Assembly (NCBI RefSeq): GCF_009914755.1
Contig: NC_060940.1
From: the human T2T-CHM13v2.0 reference genome, Homo sapiens
DNA: 64,000 nt
Strand: one strand, 5' to 3'
Part shown: one piece after another, positions 14,820-33,760 of the stretch
How positions within the stretch are numbered: position 1 is the first letter of the stretch
Layout of the letters: each line of letters begins with the position of its first letter
Made by a program: the position numbers and the translations under genes
Notes under the pieces: generated by a model
The model's database searches: none
Seen by the model: only the letters and a program-made list of their open reading frames with translations
What the model was told of the DNA's origin: nothing

Positions 14820-16080
14820 GTCTTTCTCCAATGTGTCCTCCAAGCAAGATTCATCATAACTTATAGGTTCATGATCTCTAAGATCAAGTAAAAATCATAA
14901 TTTTTACTTATTAAAAAATTGCAACACAAGATCAATGTCCATAGCAATATGATAGCATCAGCCAATTTTGCTAACACATTTCTTTGGGATTTTGCCCTTC
15001 CTGGGGTATAGGGGATCAGAAATATTGATCCATGTGCACGCAGATAAAATGGCTTCTGCTAAACAGACTAAAATCTTTCTCTCTAGTCTTTCTCACTTGT
15101 ACAAACCCAGTTTGTTTTCAAAAAATCACAGTAGCAATGCAACTCATCACTCTAGAAAAGCAAGCTTAGGCTACCTGAAAGATTTTCCCTTGGAAGTTTA
15201 GCGTATGTTTGACTAACAAGAATTCCCTACATCAGAGACTCTAGGTGCTATATAATCCAAAAACTTTTCAGCCTGTTGCTCATTCTGTCCCATGCTGGCA
15301 ATAATACCTTGTCAGCCCATTACCCTTATTTTGAATTGCTCCATCTCCTGGTGGGACTTGTATCTTGTCTGCCATATCAGAACACAAACCCCTGAAGAGG
15401 TTCTGATTTGATTTTTTTTTTTTCTTCATGCCTACCCTTTTTTTGGAAGTTTCCAGCCGCAATTTGAAAGGAAATGACAAGGTGTATATTTGATCAATTT
15501 TCATTCCCACCATTGCATTACAACCTCTAACTTAAATGGGTAACCCTAAGGCATATCAAAGAAGCAGATTGCATGATAAACGGAAATAGAAAAAAAGAAC
15601 CTACATTTATTTTGCTTTAGCATCCTTACTCTCACCTTTTATGAGATTGAGAGTGGACTTACATTTCCTTTTTTACATTTTCGTATACTTATTTTTTTTA
15701 GCCATCATTATATGTTTAAGTCTATTATGGGCAACCAATCTTTGGAAGCTGAAAACTGAATTTAAAGAATGCTATCTTGGAAAATTGCATACGTCTGTGC
15801 AATTTTTTATTCTGCCTAGTGCTATTCTGCTTGTTTAACTAGATTGTACAAAATAACTTCATTGCTTAATATCAAATTACAAAGTTTAGACTTGGAGGGA
15901 AATGGGCTTTTTAGAAGCAAACAATTTTAAATATATTTTGTTCTTCAAATAAATAGTGTTTAAACATTGAATGTGTTTTGTGAACAATATCCCACTTTGC
16001 AAACTTTAACTACACATGCTTGGAATTAAGTTTTAGCTGTTTTCATTGCTCAGTAATAAAGCCTGAATTCTGATCAATAG
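14820..16080 (+). other. CLEC3A: CLEC3A 3' UTR with polyadenylation signals AATAAA at 15948-15953 and 16055-16060
   Basis: AT-rich repeat-free sequence after the stop; two canonical AATAAA hexamers, the distal one followed by a GT-rich tract (~16085-16100). Confidence 0.75.
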
Positions 16081-16274
16081 AAAATGTGTTCGAGTGTTCA
16101 TTACAGTTATTCAAAATATGTTGGTTTATATTAAACTTGGCAGAGTTTGAGGGGAATTACCCTGAATTTAATCAAACTGGTGATTCGGATATACTCAGAG
16201 AACAATTTTACCTGGCAATGAAGAGGTATGGTCTGGCTAGAGGAGGGAAACTTTTAAAAAATTTTAGCTGCAGA

Positions 16275-19100
<2,826 letters not shown>

Positions 19101-19529
19101 AAATAGAAATATAAAATATTTTCTTCTCTCAGATTAGCAAGAACTTCCATAACATCACCAAAAAACGCACATCTAACAAATGAAACCCCCAAAATTTAGT
19201 ATTTGGAGGATGCAATAAATAACATCAAATTTTAGTAAGCTCAGTATCTTATTTAATCTGGTGCAAGAAATTCAAAGGCTATCTACTAACGGTAATAGGT
19301 AATATGGAGAGACAGAAAAAGTCAGTCATATCACGCAAGAGAGCAAGACTACCTGCGGGGGTCTGTGAAGACAATATTAGGATCTATAATTACACATGGC
19401 ATTAAGCAGATGGATTACTATCTAATTTTTTTCTAAACTGACACCCACAAAATGGAAAATAGTTTAAATAAAATTCTGCTAAGGAACTATAAAGTGAATA
19501 TACAATAGTCAAAAACATGTGCACACATG

Positions 19530-20370
19530 CCAGCAAGCAAAGCTGACACTTCTCCTCTCAGTGTGGGTGGTTCAGGGAGGTATCCGCAGCCCACACAGAG
19601 CCAATCAGATTATTTTCCAGTGGTTGTCACCTGGAAACTGGGAGCAATGGAACACTTTCCCCTGGACATGTTCAATAAGGACAAAGTAAATTTAGGGCTT
19701 CTGGCAGAATTCTTTCTTTCTAGATGAGTGCAATGTGCAGAATGAAGCAAAACAAAGATAAGCAGTGATGAGAAATAAGGGGACAAAAACGGAAGGAGAG
19801 GGAAGGGAAAGAAAACAACAGGGAGAAAATGTGTGTGTTCTGATAGTTCTTAGTCCATCATTTCAATCCCCTAAGGCCCAGGTTCTATTTCTGTACATTC
19901 TGTGAGCTGCCCCACAATGCCTCCAAACTACAGAATACAATTCTTCCTTTTCATTTGTGCTAGTTTCAGTTGGCATATTAGCCAAGATAGGCTAGGTTAT
20001 GATGCAGTAACAATCTCAAAACCTGAGTGGCTTCAAACAGCAAAGGTTACTACTGTCCCTTCATGTTCATATTCTTCGTGCATTAAAAAGGGGCTCTTCT
20101 CGGCATTGTGCTCATTCTAGAAACCAGCGGATGGAGAAGCAACTACTGTCATTCTCTACAGCAGAGGAAAAGAGTTTTGGAGAGACTCACAGCAGCCATT
20201 AAATGATCTGATACAGAAATAGTAAACATTTCCACTCTGAGAGATACCTGCAAGTGCAGTTCAGCCATGTGCCCAGGAGGTAGAGAGCTCGAATACTTGG
20301 TGGTGATCAGCATGTCTCCCACAGTTGGGTTTCTGTCACTTGCAATCAAAAGAATTCTGATTAACATAAG
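19530..20370. mobile_element. Old MaLR (MLT1J/K-like) fragments
   Basis: CAAGATAGGCTAGGTTATGATGCAGTAACAA; GTTTCTGTCACTTGCAATCAAAAGAATTCTGATTAA end. Confidence 0.55.
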
Positions 20371-22849
20371 CCATGAAGAGAAATGAGACTAGAAAGACCT
20401 GTATTCCAATTGAAAGAGAAAATGGGTTCATGGAGATAGGTAGATAGCAGTAGAAACGCATCTCATATTTGGTAAATGGAAGCCGAGTTCAAAGCTTCAA
20501 AAGCTGGAAGTCAGTTTAACTGTTTAACTGTATAAATTGGAATTATTACATGCAACTCCAAAGGCAGGTTCTTAGCATCTGTGATAGCTTTCTAGAAGTG
20601 GGACATGCATTTTTAAGTTGGGAGATGGTATGTGCAAATTTTATCTTATTAAAAGCCAATTATTCCAGTTGTCCAATATATTTAATCTACCCAAGTAGAG
20701 TGACCATGGATTACATTCCAATTTGCCCTGGAGAGTGCTGATGAATGACAATTGTTTAAAAATTTATAGCACCCTTTTTCACTCTGAAAGTTTCCCAGTT
20801 TGGGTAATAAATTATACTGTCATCCTAACTATAACTCAGGCTTTGTTTCAGAGGATTGATGATCTTGCCTATTCCTACATTTTAAAATTCACCTTCCATT
20901 CCTTTCATGGAGGAGCCCTACACTTGAGACAAACTATGCTACTCATGGGAACTTAAATGCACCATTAATTTACACCAGCAGCACTCTGATCATATTTCTC
21001 TTTCCTCTGTCTAGAACTCTTTCTTATCATTGTGTTTCTGGTGACTTTCTTCTCTTTATTTAATATTCAACACAATGGTGACCTTTTCTGCCCTCCTGCA
21101 AGACATATTTCTTCCTCTGTGCATTCATAATACCTTATATAACTCACAGCCCTTATTGCATTTGTCTAACAATGGACAAGTATTATCATATTATCCTCCC
21201 CTAATTCAAACCTTTCAATGGCTTTCCAAGTTTCTTAAAAACAAAACTTTAATGTGGCCTGGAAATGCTGCAAGGTCTTGCCCTTCATCCCTCTCCATTC
21301 TCTCTTCCCTTTACTTTTGTACTGCCACCCTTTGTGGGCACCAATCTCCCCTGTCACAAATATTTGCAGAGAAACTCTTCCTTCGTCTACTTAAACCTTG
21401 CTCATTCTTCAAACTTTAGCTAATCAAGACTTCAGGGAAACTTTCTCTGGACTCCCTTCACAGCACTTAAGAATGTGCTTGGCTGCAAGTAAATAAGACA
21501 TGACTAACAGTGGATTAAGCAAATAGGAATTATTACTATTACATAACAAGAAGTCTGAAAGTGAGGAATTGCAGCATTCTTTGTTTCAGAAAATCAATAA
21601 GGCCAGGAATGATGTTTCTGCTATTCTGTGGGCCTTTTCTTATAATCCTAAGTTGTCTTCTGCAACTCCAGACATCACATCCACATTCAAGGTATAAAGA
21701 CACGTAGAATAGCACCACCAGCCTGGTTTGCCCCTCTTTTGACCAACATCCTCCAGGAGACTGCAGTTTGTTTTGTTGGTCAGAACTCTGCTATATGGAT
21801 GCCCTAACCCTATGAAAGTCTGGAAAAGGAAATATTGTTGTATATTTTGCCACCCCAAACAAGATTAGCCTTAATAAGAATAGAAAGTTTTTAAGTAACA
21901 GGCTCTTCCAGAATCAAATCCCCTTGTAAATTCCCATAGCACAAACACCTCCTGTCTGTTTCAATTTTTCAGATGTGATGTTACATTTATATTTATTTCT
22001 CTTATTAGACTATAAACTCCAAGAGCTCAGAACTAGAAAAATTGTTTTTTGATTGTATTTCCAGAGAAATATGACTTTTGGTAGAGGCTCAATATTTAAC
22101 TGTTGATGGAATAAATGAGTTAATGCGCTAACATATTTCCTCTTTTCAAGGGTTAAGTGCAAGCACTATTCTCTATGCCCCAGGTTCCAATCATGATGTT
22201 AAGTCTCATTAAATCAATGAATTAAATAATTTGATCAAGTTATTTTATCAGAGAACACAAAGCTTTAAAAGAAACTTCTGTTTTCACTCAAAACAAATTA
22301 TTTACCTCCATACCTAAATACTTTGCATTCTTCTGAAGTTTGGTTTCTTTATTAAAAACAATAACAAGAACCAAAAACTGCATCAAAACTGTACCCAGAG
22401 GAGCCAAAAGCTACTGTATTATCATGGGATACGTTATTGGTGATGAATGGCTAACAAATGCAGGACTCAACAGCCAATAGCTAAACTGAGATGGGAAGAT
22501 CAAAGCCTCTGTAAAGTGAGAGCTTTCTGGGCTCTACTCCCTGAACTGAAGGAAATAAACCAAAACATCTTCATGAAAGCGATTTTACACATTACTGCCT
22601 CTAACTTGGTATCATCTGGCTACTCTGTTCGGATTAAAAAAAGAAAAAAAAAATCAATGAAGTACTTGGATGAGACTTCAATAGAACACTCAACAGAATA
22701 TTTTTAAAGCTTTGATTTCCAAAACGGTTATAAACAAAAGTAGTTGGTCTAATCACAATAATTGGACTCTGAACAAGCTATGGCAGACATTCAGCAACCA
22801 ATTCAATGGGTTAAAGAACCAAACTAGGGATCTCAAATACATGGCACCT

Positions 22850-25202
<2,353 letters not shown>

Positions 25203-25673
25203 TTGGCTTCAGTTCTAGCAACATCACTTATAATAGCCACCATTTATGTAGCACCTGAAACGTGCCTGACACTGGTCCTCTTAGGATAGAGGAAAAAAGT
25301 TATGTGCTGCAGCAGAGAATCAAAGGAAAGCTGAAAAGGGAAGGAACAAAAGAACATCCAATAAGTCTTATGAAATTTTAAGCCCTAGTAGACTAAATAA
25401 TAACAAGTATCTAGTATCTGACAAATAATATTCACTTATAAGCCTTTCTATTCAAGGTTGGTTCATGGATTTCAGGTAGAATTCATTTGAAATGTCAAGA
25501 AAGATTATGGAAGCAAGGCAGAGAGAAAATCTAAAAAGCCTTTTGAAGGATTTCTGTTATTGCTCAGGTTAATGCTGGTTAAAGAATCCTCAATTTGGGA
25601 GATATTAGTTCCTATTATAAGTCATTATCATGAAGCTTCCCATTTGTCAAGGATGTGTGTCGTGCTGAAGTAG

Positions 25674-26042
<369 letters not shown>

Positions 26043-26629
26043 TAGTAAAGATGGGGTTTCACCATGTTGGCAAACTGGTCTTGAACTCCTGACCTTGGGA
26101 TCTGCCCACCTCAGATTTCCAAAGTGCTCAGATTACAGGCGTGAGCCACCGCGCCCAGCATAAAGCTTTAATTCTTGTTAAATAACACTGGGATGGGTTA
26201 GAGCCAGGGACTCAAGCTCCACCATCATCCCAAATACAAGAGGAATAAAACACTTGCTTCACACACAGTTGGGATAATATGTGAAATATGAATAAGGTTT
26301 TAAATTAGATAATGACATTGGGTCATCATAATTGGTAATTGTGCTGTGTTTATGTAAAACCTTTTAGGAAATGCACACTGAGTTATATAGAAGTAACAAA
26401 ACATCATGTCTGCAACTTGGCCTTAAATAGTTCAGAAAGAAAAAATAATTACGTATATGGAGAAAATGATAATGTAATATGGTAAGATACCAATTGGAGA
26501 ATCTGGGAGAAGGTCATTTTTTATATTATTCTTGCAACTTTTCTGTATCCTTGAAATTATTTCAAAACAATCACCCAAATGAAAACTTTAAAACAGATAA
26601 GCAAACTAACCTCATTCAATCTCTCTAGC

Positions 26630-26856
26630 ACAGGGTTTCTCAATCTTGGCACTATTGATATTTAGGATCTGTGGATTCTTTATCAGGAGCTGGAGTGGAT
26701 TGGGGCCATCCTGTGCATTGTATGAAGCTTAGCAACCTCCCTGGCCTCTGACCACTGGATGCCGGTAGCATGTCCCAATGGTGACAACCAAAAATAGCTC
26801 CAGATATTGCCAAATGTCATCTGGGATAGCAAAAATCACCCAGCCAAGAACTACTG
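26630..26856 (+). mobile_element. MER20 (hAT-Charlie) DNA transposon
   Basis: CAGGGTTTCTCAATCTTGGCACTATTGATATTT...AAGAACTACTG. Confidence 0.8.
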
Positions 26857-29034
26857 CTCTAGCATTTTATTTCCTGACAAGACTAATGGGGGTAACCCCA
26901 GTAGTAGTAGTAGGGGATGTTGTGGGAGAAGCGAGCTCATCTTATCTTTATCATACATACACTTCCATTCCTGCAATTTCATCCACAAGTATCTTACCGA
27001 GCTAACCATGAGTGAGTCCAACCCTGTGCTAGATTTTGGAGGTACAGATGAGCAAAAGTCAGAGAGGACTTGTGTCCTCACAAAGCTTATATGTAGATAG
27101 GTAAAATATATAATAAGCAAAGAAATAAATTTCATTTCTGAAAATATGACAAAATGTCAACAAGAGGTTGACATGGTAAAGGGACATAATAAATTGACAG
27201 GATGAAAATGACGAAAGAAAAAACAAGGAGATGAGTGATAAAGTGACTAGGGGAGCAACGTTAGACAGGATATCCAACATCCTAAGAGAGTCCTCTCTCC
27301 ACTGAAAGAAACAGTGGGAAAGACTGATTTTATAAACCACCAGGTCAAGAGCCCAAGAAAGGAAGGGACACAAAGGAAAGTGGCTTACCCCCAAATCACC
27401 CAGCAAGCCAGGGACAGGGCAGGGACTGCAATTTTGATTCCTGTCTCCCAAACCAGAGCCTGGAACATACCAGCCGAGTTCAATGTCAGGAAATGTCAAG
27501 GGACTTGGAGTCAGAAGACCTAGACTCGGCACTTACAATCTGATTTCACATAAGAATAAGGTGTTGGGCCCGCACTTCCTCATCTATCAGTGGGAATTAA
27601 ACCATCACTCACAGAACTGTGAGATAAGATTTGAAGCCAGGGGCAGTGGCTCAGCCCTGTAATCCCAGCACTTATGGGAGCTGGGGGCGGGTGGATTGCT
27701 TGATCTGAGAAGTTTAACACCAACCTGGGCAACATAACCAGACCCTGTCTCTACAAAAAAATACAAAAGTTTGCCAGGCATGGTGGCACAGGCCTGTGGT
27801 CTCAGCTATTCAAAAGGCTGAGGTGGGAGAGTCGCTGGAGCCCAGGAAGTCAAGGCTGCAATGAGCTGTGATCATGCCACTGCACTAGCCTGAGTGACAG
27901 TGAGACCCTGTCTCAAATAAAATAAAGTCAAGATTTGAAAATACAATTTATGAACAAAGTTTCTAGACATGACATCTTTAAAAAAAGTGTTGTTTCCTAT
28001 AAAATCAACATATCTTGCTACAGAAAATTATAAGTAGAAAAAACATGTTAGGAACTACCCTTCACCTGTCTTTTCATTTATCCAATTACTATTTATTGAG
28101 CACATGTATCCAGTACTGTCTAAATAATTCTGCCATCGCCCATAAAAGTTGCAGAGATTACATCAACTGTACTAAAAATTTATGTCCTGCTTTATTTTAC
28201 TTATAAAATAAGCACTTTTTATCATTTTTATAATGTACTTTCCATGGTTCCATAATATTCCAATATACAAATCCATTCAGCACATGCATGATTTCCATGT
28301 TTTGAATCCATTTATGGTTGAAGTTTTATTTAAACATTCTAAATACAAATGTTTAGTTGGCTTTCAATAGCAGAGGTCAAGAGAAAAAAAAAACAAAAGA
28401 CACCAGGTGTGGTGGCTCATACCTACAATCCCACACTTTGGAGGCCAAGGTGAGAGGGGATCACTTAATCACTTAAAGCCAAGAGTTCAAGACCAGCCTG
28501 GGCAACATTAACAAGACCCTGTGTCTACAAAAAATAAACAAATAAACCAGACGTGGTGGCCCATGCCTGTAGTCCTTGCTATGCAAGAGATTGAGGCAGG
28601 AGGATCACCTGAGCCCAGGGAATTGAGGCTGAAATGAGCCATGATTCCACCTCTACACTCCAGCCTGGGCTACAGAACAAGACCCTGTCAAAAAAAAAAA
28701 AAAATCATTATTTAAATAAGTAAAAATGTTTTTCATTTTTCTAGTTTTGCATATCATGCTGTAATAAGTCTTTATAATTAGTTTTTAAAGGAACATCTGT
28801 GTGATTTTTGTGTGTGGTTGACTTTTCAACTTTAGATTTTTCTCCGCTGTTAGACTTCCAGAAGTGAAATTATAGTATCAAAGAATATTTACCACAGACT
28901 CTTTGTTTCATGGTGCGAAATTGCTTTCGAAAAGCCTTGTGCAAATTCAACTGGGAATACACTAAACACAGACATATATGACAATGGATATCAGCATTAA
29001 ATGTTACCAATAATAGGCTGGGCGTGGCGGCTCA

Positions 29035-29420
<386 letters not shown>

Positions 29421-29649
29421 TCACTGCAACCTCCGCCTCCTGGGTTCAAGCGATTCTCATGCCTCAGCCTCCCGAAACATACTTTTAAATAAAGTAGGAA
29501 GCACAACAATGGAGTTTTAAAAGGTCTCAAGACGAGCCATCAAGGATAGACTCCAAGGGCGGCTAGAGCCCTCAGCCTGGAGGAAGGGTACCTTTACAGC
29601 AACCCCTTCTCAAACTTGTTTATGTGTTTGGACATTTCAATGGCCCAGA

Positions 29650-30230
29650 TAGGCAGCGTGTCCGGGCCCGAGGGATGGAATGCTGCCCCGGGGAGCGGCT
29701 ACAGCGCGGGATCCTGGGGAGATAGCTCAAGGCAGGCCAGGGAAGGACACGCCGGGCAATGGGCGCGGAGACGAAGGGGCCGGACAGCGGCGAGGCGCTG
29801 GCTCCGGTCGCGGCACCCGGCTGCTGAGGGCAGTGCTGCTGCTTGGGACGTTCCAGGCGGCCAAGTACCCTCGGCGGCCCTGGCAGGGCGGTGCCTGGGG
29901 TGGGCGCTGGGCCTCCAGGCCTGCAGCCACGCTTGGCGCTGTCCGCTAGGGCCAGGTGCTGAAGTGTTGGCCGCGAGCGGAGCTGCTGCAGCGCTGGCTT
30001 CCCCGGGCCGCTGCGGGTGGACTTGGACAACATAAATGGCTGCTGGAGCGGGGCCACTTTTTCGCCCGCGTAAAGTGTCCTCCAGCAGCACATGCTCGGC
30101 CTCCTGGAAAGGAAAGGGAAGCGGCCTGGCTTCCATCTGCTCCTGGGCACCCAGGTGAGGAGGAACCCAAGGGAACTGACTGCCCCCTCTTAGCCTCGCG
30201 CTCCCAAGTGCAGCCGATGACAGGAACTCA
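29650..30230. promoter_or_regulatory. Orphan CpG-rich/GC-rich island
   Basis: Abrupt ~600-bp very GC-rich block with dozens of CpGs in an AT-rich, CpG-poor background; not recognisable as a repeat. Confidence 0.75.
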
Positions 30231-31982
30231 GTGACAACCGATGGAATGACCGTCTTGCCTCCCTCTCTGTAATGGGGAAAAAAAGCCAGAGATACCGATC
30301 CAGCTTTTTGCCAGGAATCAAGACAACTCATCTGTTGACTTGGTTTCCTCATCTGTAAATTGCTGGCAATATTTAAGAACATCTAGAGGCCGGGAACAGT
30401 GGCTCCCGCCTATAACAGCAGCACTTAGGGAGACCAAGGCAGAAGGACCACTTGAGGTCAGGAGGTGGAGGCTGCAGTGAGCCGAGATCTCACCACTGCA
30501 CTCCAGCCTGGGTGACAGAGCAAGACCCAGTCTCAAAAATAAAAAAACAAAAACATGTAGAAAGTGGAATATTCCTGTTTCATTAAAGTTTTTGTGACCG
30601 TTTCGTGAGATAATGTAGGCAGAAAGGCATTACAAAGTTTTTTGCTCATAAGAGGTACTTAGAAAATTAAAATTACCACCAGCTGCAAACTGGTTTCTAA
30701 AACCTGGAGATAAAAAACGCCTTCATCATTTTAGAAGCACTTGCTCAAAAATGAAGTATCAGGTGGCTCTGAGAAGAGATGATAAATTTCCCGAGTACTC
30801 CAAGAACAATGGGAAGAAAATTAAAATGACAGTAATTTTCCAAGATGTAGATTTAGCCAGAATGAGCAACCTAAATCAGCCCTATAGTTACCCTTCAAAA
30901 AGTGAACACTCTTAATTTATTATTTGTCTTTTAGCATGGTATCATTTGAAGGAAAAATAGAAGGCCAGGTACCATTTAACCTTTTAACAGTATGGCTTTT
31001 TCACTTACAAAAACTTACATATTATGATACGTGTTGATTTTTTAGAAAAATTCTAAGTCACGCTGTGTGACGACAATTCAAGTTTATCTGGTGATTTTCT
31101 TCGAATATGCACCTATTTTTATCTCACAATAACCATATGATGTAGGTTTTTACTCTCATTTTAGTGATGAGGAAATTAAGGATCAAAGAGATTTGAGCTT
31201 GGTGATTTGCTTAAGGCTGCACAGGTTTGAAGCTGCAGGGCCAGGACTGGAGTCCAGATCTGCCTAAGTCCACAGACAGTGCTCTTTGGGTTGTCTTTTA
31301 CCTATTAAAACTAACCATATTACCTAACTAATCTATTAACATTAGTAACACAAGCTGTCATATTTATGTAAGTCTAGAGAGCAGATTCTCAAAGTCAAAG
31401 ACAAAACATCCCCCCAGAAATCAAGTAACAAGCAAGAGTAACTTGCAAAACAGGTTAAGGTTGCTTATAGCTGTAACTTTCAGAGCTTTCACAGTAATCA
31501 AAAACAAACTGCGGTCAAATGAACTGCATAAATTATTTTGTCCTCATACTACAAATATTAAGTTTCCAGCACATTAAGCCTATTCCAGATTTTTAAACAT
31601 GCAGCCATTAACAAACACAGGCGATTGAAAGGAACTGCATTGGATCACCTGAGGTCAGGAGTCCAAGACCAGCCTAGCCAACATGCAGAAACCTATCTCT
31701 ACTAAAAATACAAAACTTAGCCAGGTGCGGTGGTGGGTGCCTATAATCCCAGCTAGTTGGGAGGGTGAGGCAGGAGAATAGCTTCAACCTGGGAGGCAGA
31801 GGTTGCAGTGAGCCAAGATTGCACCATTGTACTCTAGCCTGGGCAATAGAGCGAGACTCTCAAAAAAAAAAAAAAAAAGGAAAAAAAAACGGCATTAAAT
31901 GGTTAATAAGTGTTACCCTATGGGCGACATAATGTGGGTGAATTTTTTTTCTTATTTTTCTACACTTTCTACAAGGAGCAAA

Positions 31983-31983
<1 letters not shown>

Positions 31984-32028
<45 letters not shown>
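31984..32028. repeat. (ATT)15 microsatellite at the position of the KRT8 pseudogene poly(A) tail
   Basis: Perfect trinucleotide repeat directly abutting the retrocopy 3' end. Confidence 0.95.
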
Positions 32029-33760
32029 GGCAGAGCTAGCTCAAGTTTTATTTTAGCCAAAAGAAAAAAAAAAGCCCAATTGAATTGTTTTGTAGCTGGA
32101 GGCATGGGCAAGGGGGGTCCCCAGATAGTAAACTCCCCTGCAGGTGGGTTTAGGGCTAGGGCTGAGCCTCAGGTGGGTCTCCCGTTCGCCCAGCTCTCCT
32201 GCACAGCAGCCTCGCTTCTGGGCTCTGGCGCAGCCTCAGGACGGGCAGGCTGGGAGGGGCTATCGCAGCTGTTCACTTTGGCAGATGTCAGGACTCGGAC
32301 ACCAGCTTCCCATCACGGGTCTCAAGCTTCTTCACAACCACGGCCCTGGTGGAGCTGGAGCCGGCGCCAGAACCAAAGCTGGAGCTCAGGCAGTAGCTTG
32401 TGAGGCCCCTCTAGGCCGAGCTCAGACCACTTACATAGCCACTGGTGGTCTTCGAATGGATACTCATGTTACGCATCCCAGACTCCAGCCGGCTCTCCTC
32501 ACCCTCCAGCAGCTTCCTGTAGGTGGCTATCTCGACGTCCAGGGCCAGCTTGAAGTTTATCAGCCCCTGATACACAGCTGCCGTGCCATGTCCCGCTTGG
32601 CCGGCTGTGGGGCAGCCTCCCAGCTTGGACAGCTTGGCATTGGCATCCTTAAGGGCCAGCTCCCCACACTGCTCGGCATCTGCGAGGGTGGCCTCCAGGG
32701 AAGCCCTCTGGCCTTTGAGGCCCTCAATCTCAGCCTGGAGCCGGCTGATGTTCCTGTTCATCTCAGAGATCTGTCTTCGAACGCCACAGGTCACCCCCGT
32801 GCTTCCCAGCCAGCGCCTGCAGCTCCTCATACTTGATCTGGTACATGGTCTCACAGCCTCAGCCTGGCTGCAGTTGGCGATCTCCTCATACTGCGCCTTG
32901 ACCTCAGTGATGATGCTGTCCATGTCCAGGGTGCGGCTGTTGTCCATGGACAGCACCACAAACGTGTCCGATATCTGGGACTGCAGCTCCTGGATGTCCT
33001 CTTCATACAGCTGACTGAAGAAGTTGATCTCGTCAGTCAGGCCTTCCAGGCAAGACTCCAGCTCTACCTTGTTCATGTAAGCTTCATCCACATCCTTCTT
33101 GATGAGGACAAATTCATTCCCCACCTCTGTACGCTTATTGATCTCATCCTCATACTTGTTCTTGAAGTTCTCCACCAGCCCCTTCATGTTGCCAAACTCT
33201 GCCTCCAGCTTCAGCTTCTCCTGGCCCAGAGTCTCCAGCTGCCACCTAAGGTTATTGATGTAGCTCTCGAACATGTTTGTCCATGTTGCTCCAAGCCATC
33301 TGCTGCTGCTGGAGGCTCCACTTGGTCTCCAAGCATCTTGTTCTGCTGCTCCAGGAACCGTACCTTGTCTATGAAGGAAGCAAACTTGTTGAGAGTCTTG
33401 ACCTGCTCCTTCTCCTGGGTGTGCACGGCCTGGATGTTGGGGTCCACCTCCAGGTTAAGGGGGCTCAGTAGGCTCTGGTTGACTGTGATGATGGTGATGC
33501 CTCCCATTCCACTGGCCCCAGCATAGCCTCCACCCTGGCCACCCCGGAAGCTGCTGCTGCCCACTCGGGAGAAGGTAGAGAAGCTGATGGGGGCACCGGG
33601 CCCACTTGTGTAGGAGAGGCTGCTGAAGGCCTAGGGGTCAGAGGTGGACACCTTGTAGGACTTCTGGGTCACCCTGATGGACATAGTGGAGGCAGAGTGG
33701 AGGTAGGCGGGCTGAACCAAGTGGAGATTCCAGAAGGAGCAGAGAAGCTGCTTCTTGGTC
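32029..33760 (-). pseudogene. KRT8P: Processed keratin 8 pseudogene, full length with 5' UTR, CDS remnant 33684-32273 and 3' UTR
   Basis: MSIRVTQKSYKVSTS start, [42 protein letters not shown]; intronless; TAG at codon 18 (33631-33633) and several frameshifts; AATAAA at 32047-32052 followed by a tail-derived (TAA)n. Confidence 0.96.

Noticed and set aside
14469-14859. Overlapping +1-frame (122 aa) and antisense (90 aa) ORFs on CLEC3A exon 3
   Set aside because: Shadow frames of a real coding exon with no independent support
29699-30382. 227-aa minus-strand ORF as an intact single-exon gene
   Set aside because: The N-terminal part derives from MIR-like/unique AT-richer sequence, the start is non-canonical and long ORFs are expected in GC-rich DNA; only the splice-bounded part is kept as a hypothesis
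32080-33526. Plus-strand ORFs up to 230 aa over the keratin pseudogene
   Set aside because: Antisense shadows of GC3-rich KRT8 coding sequence
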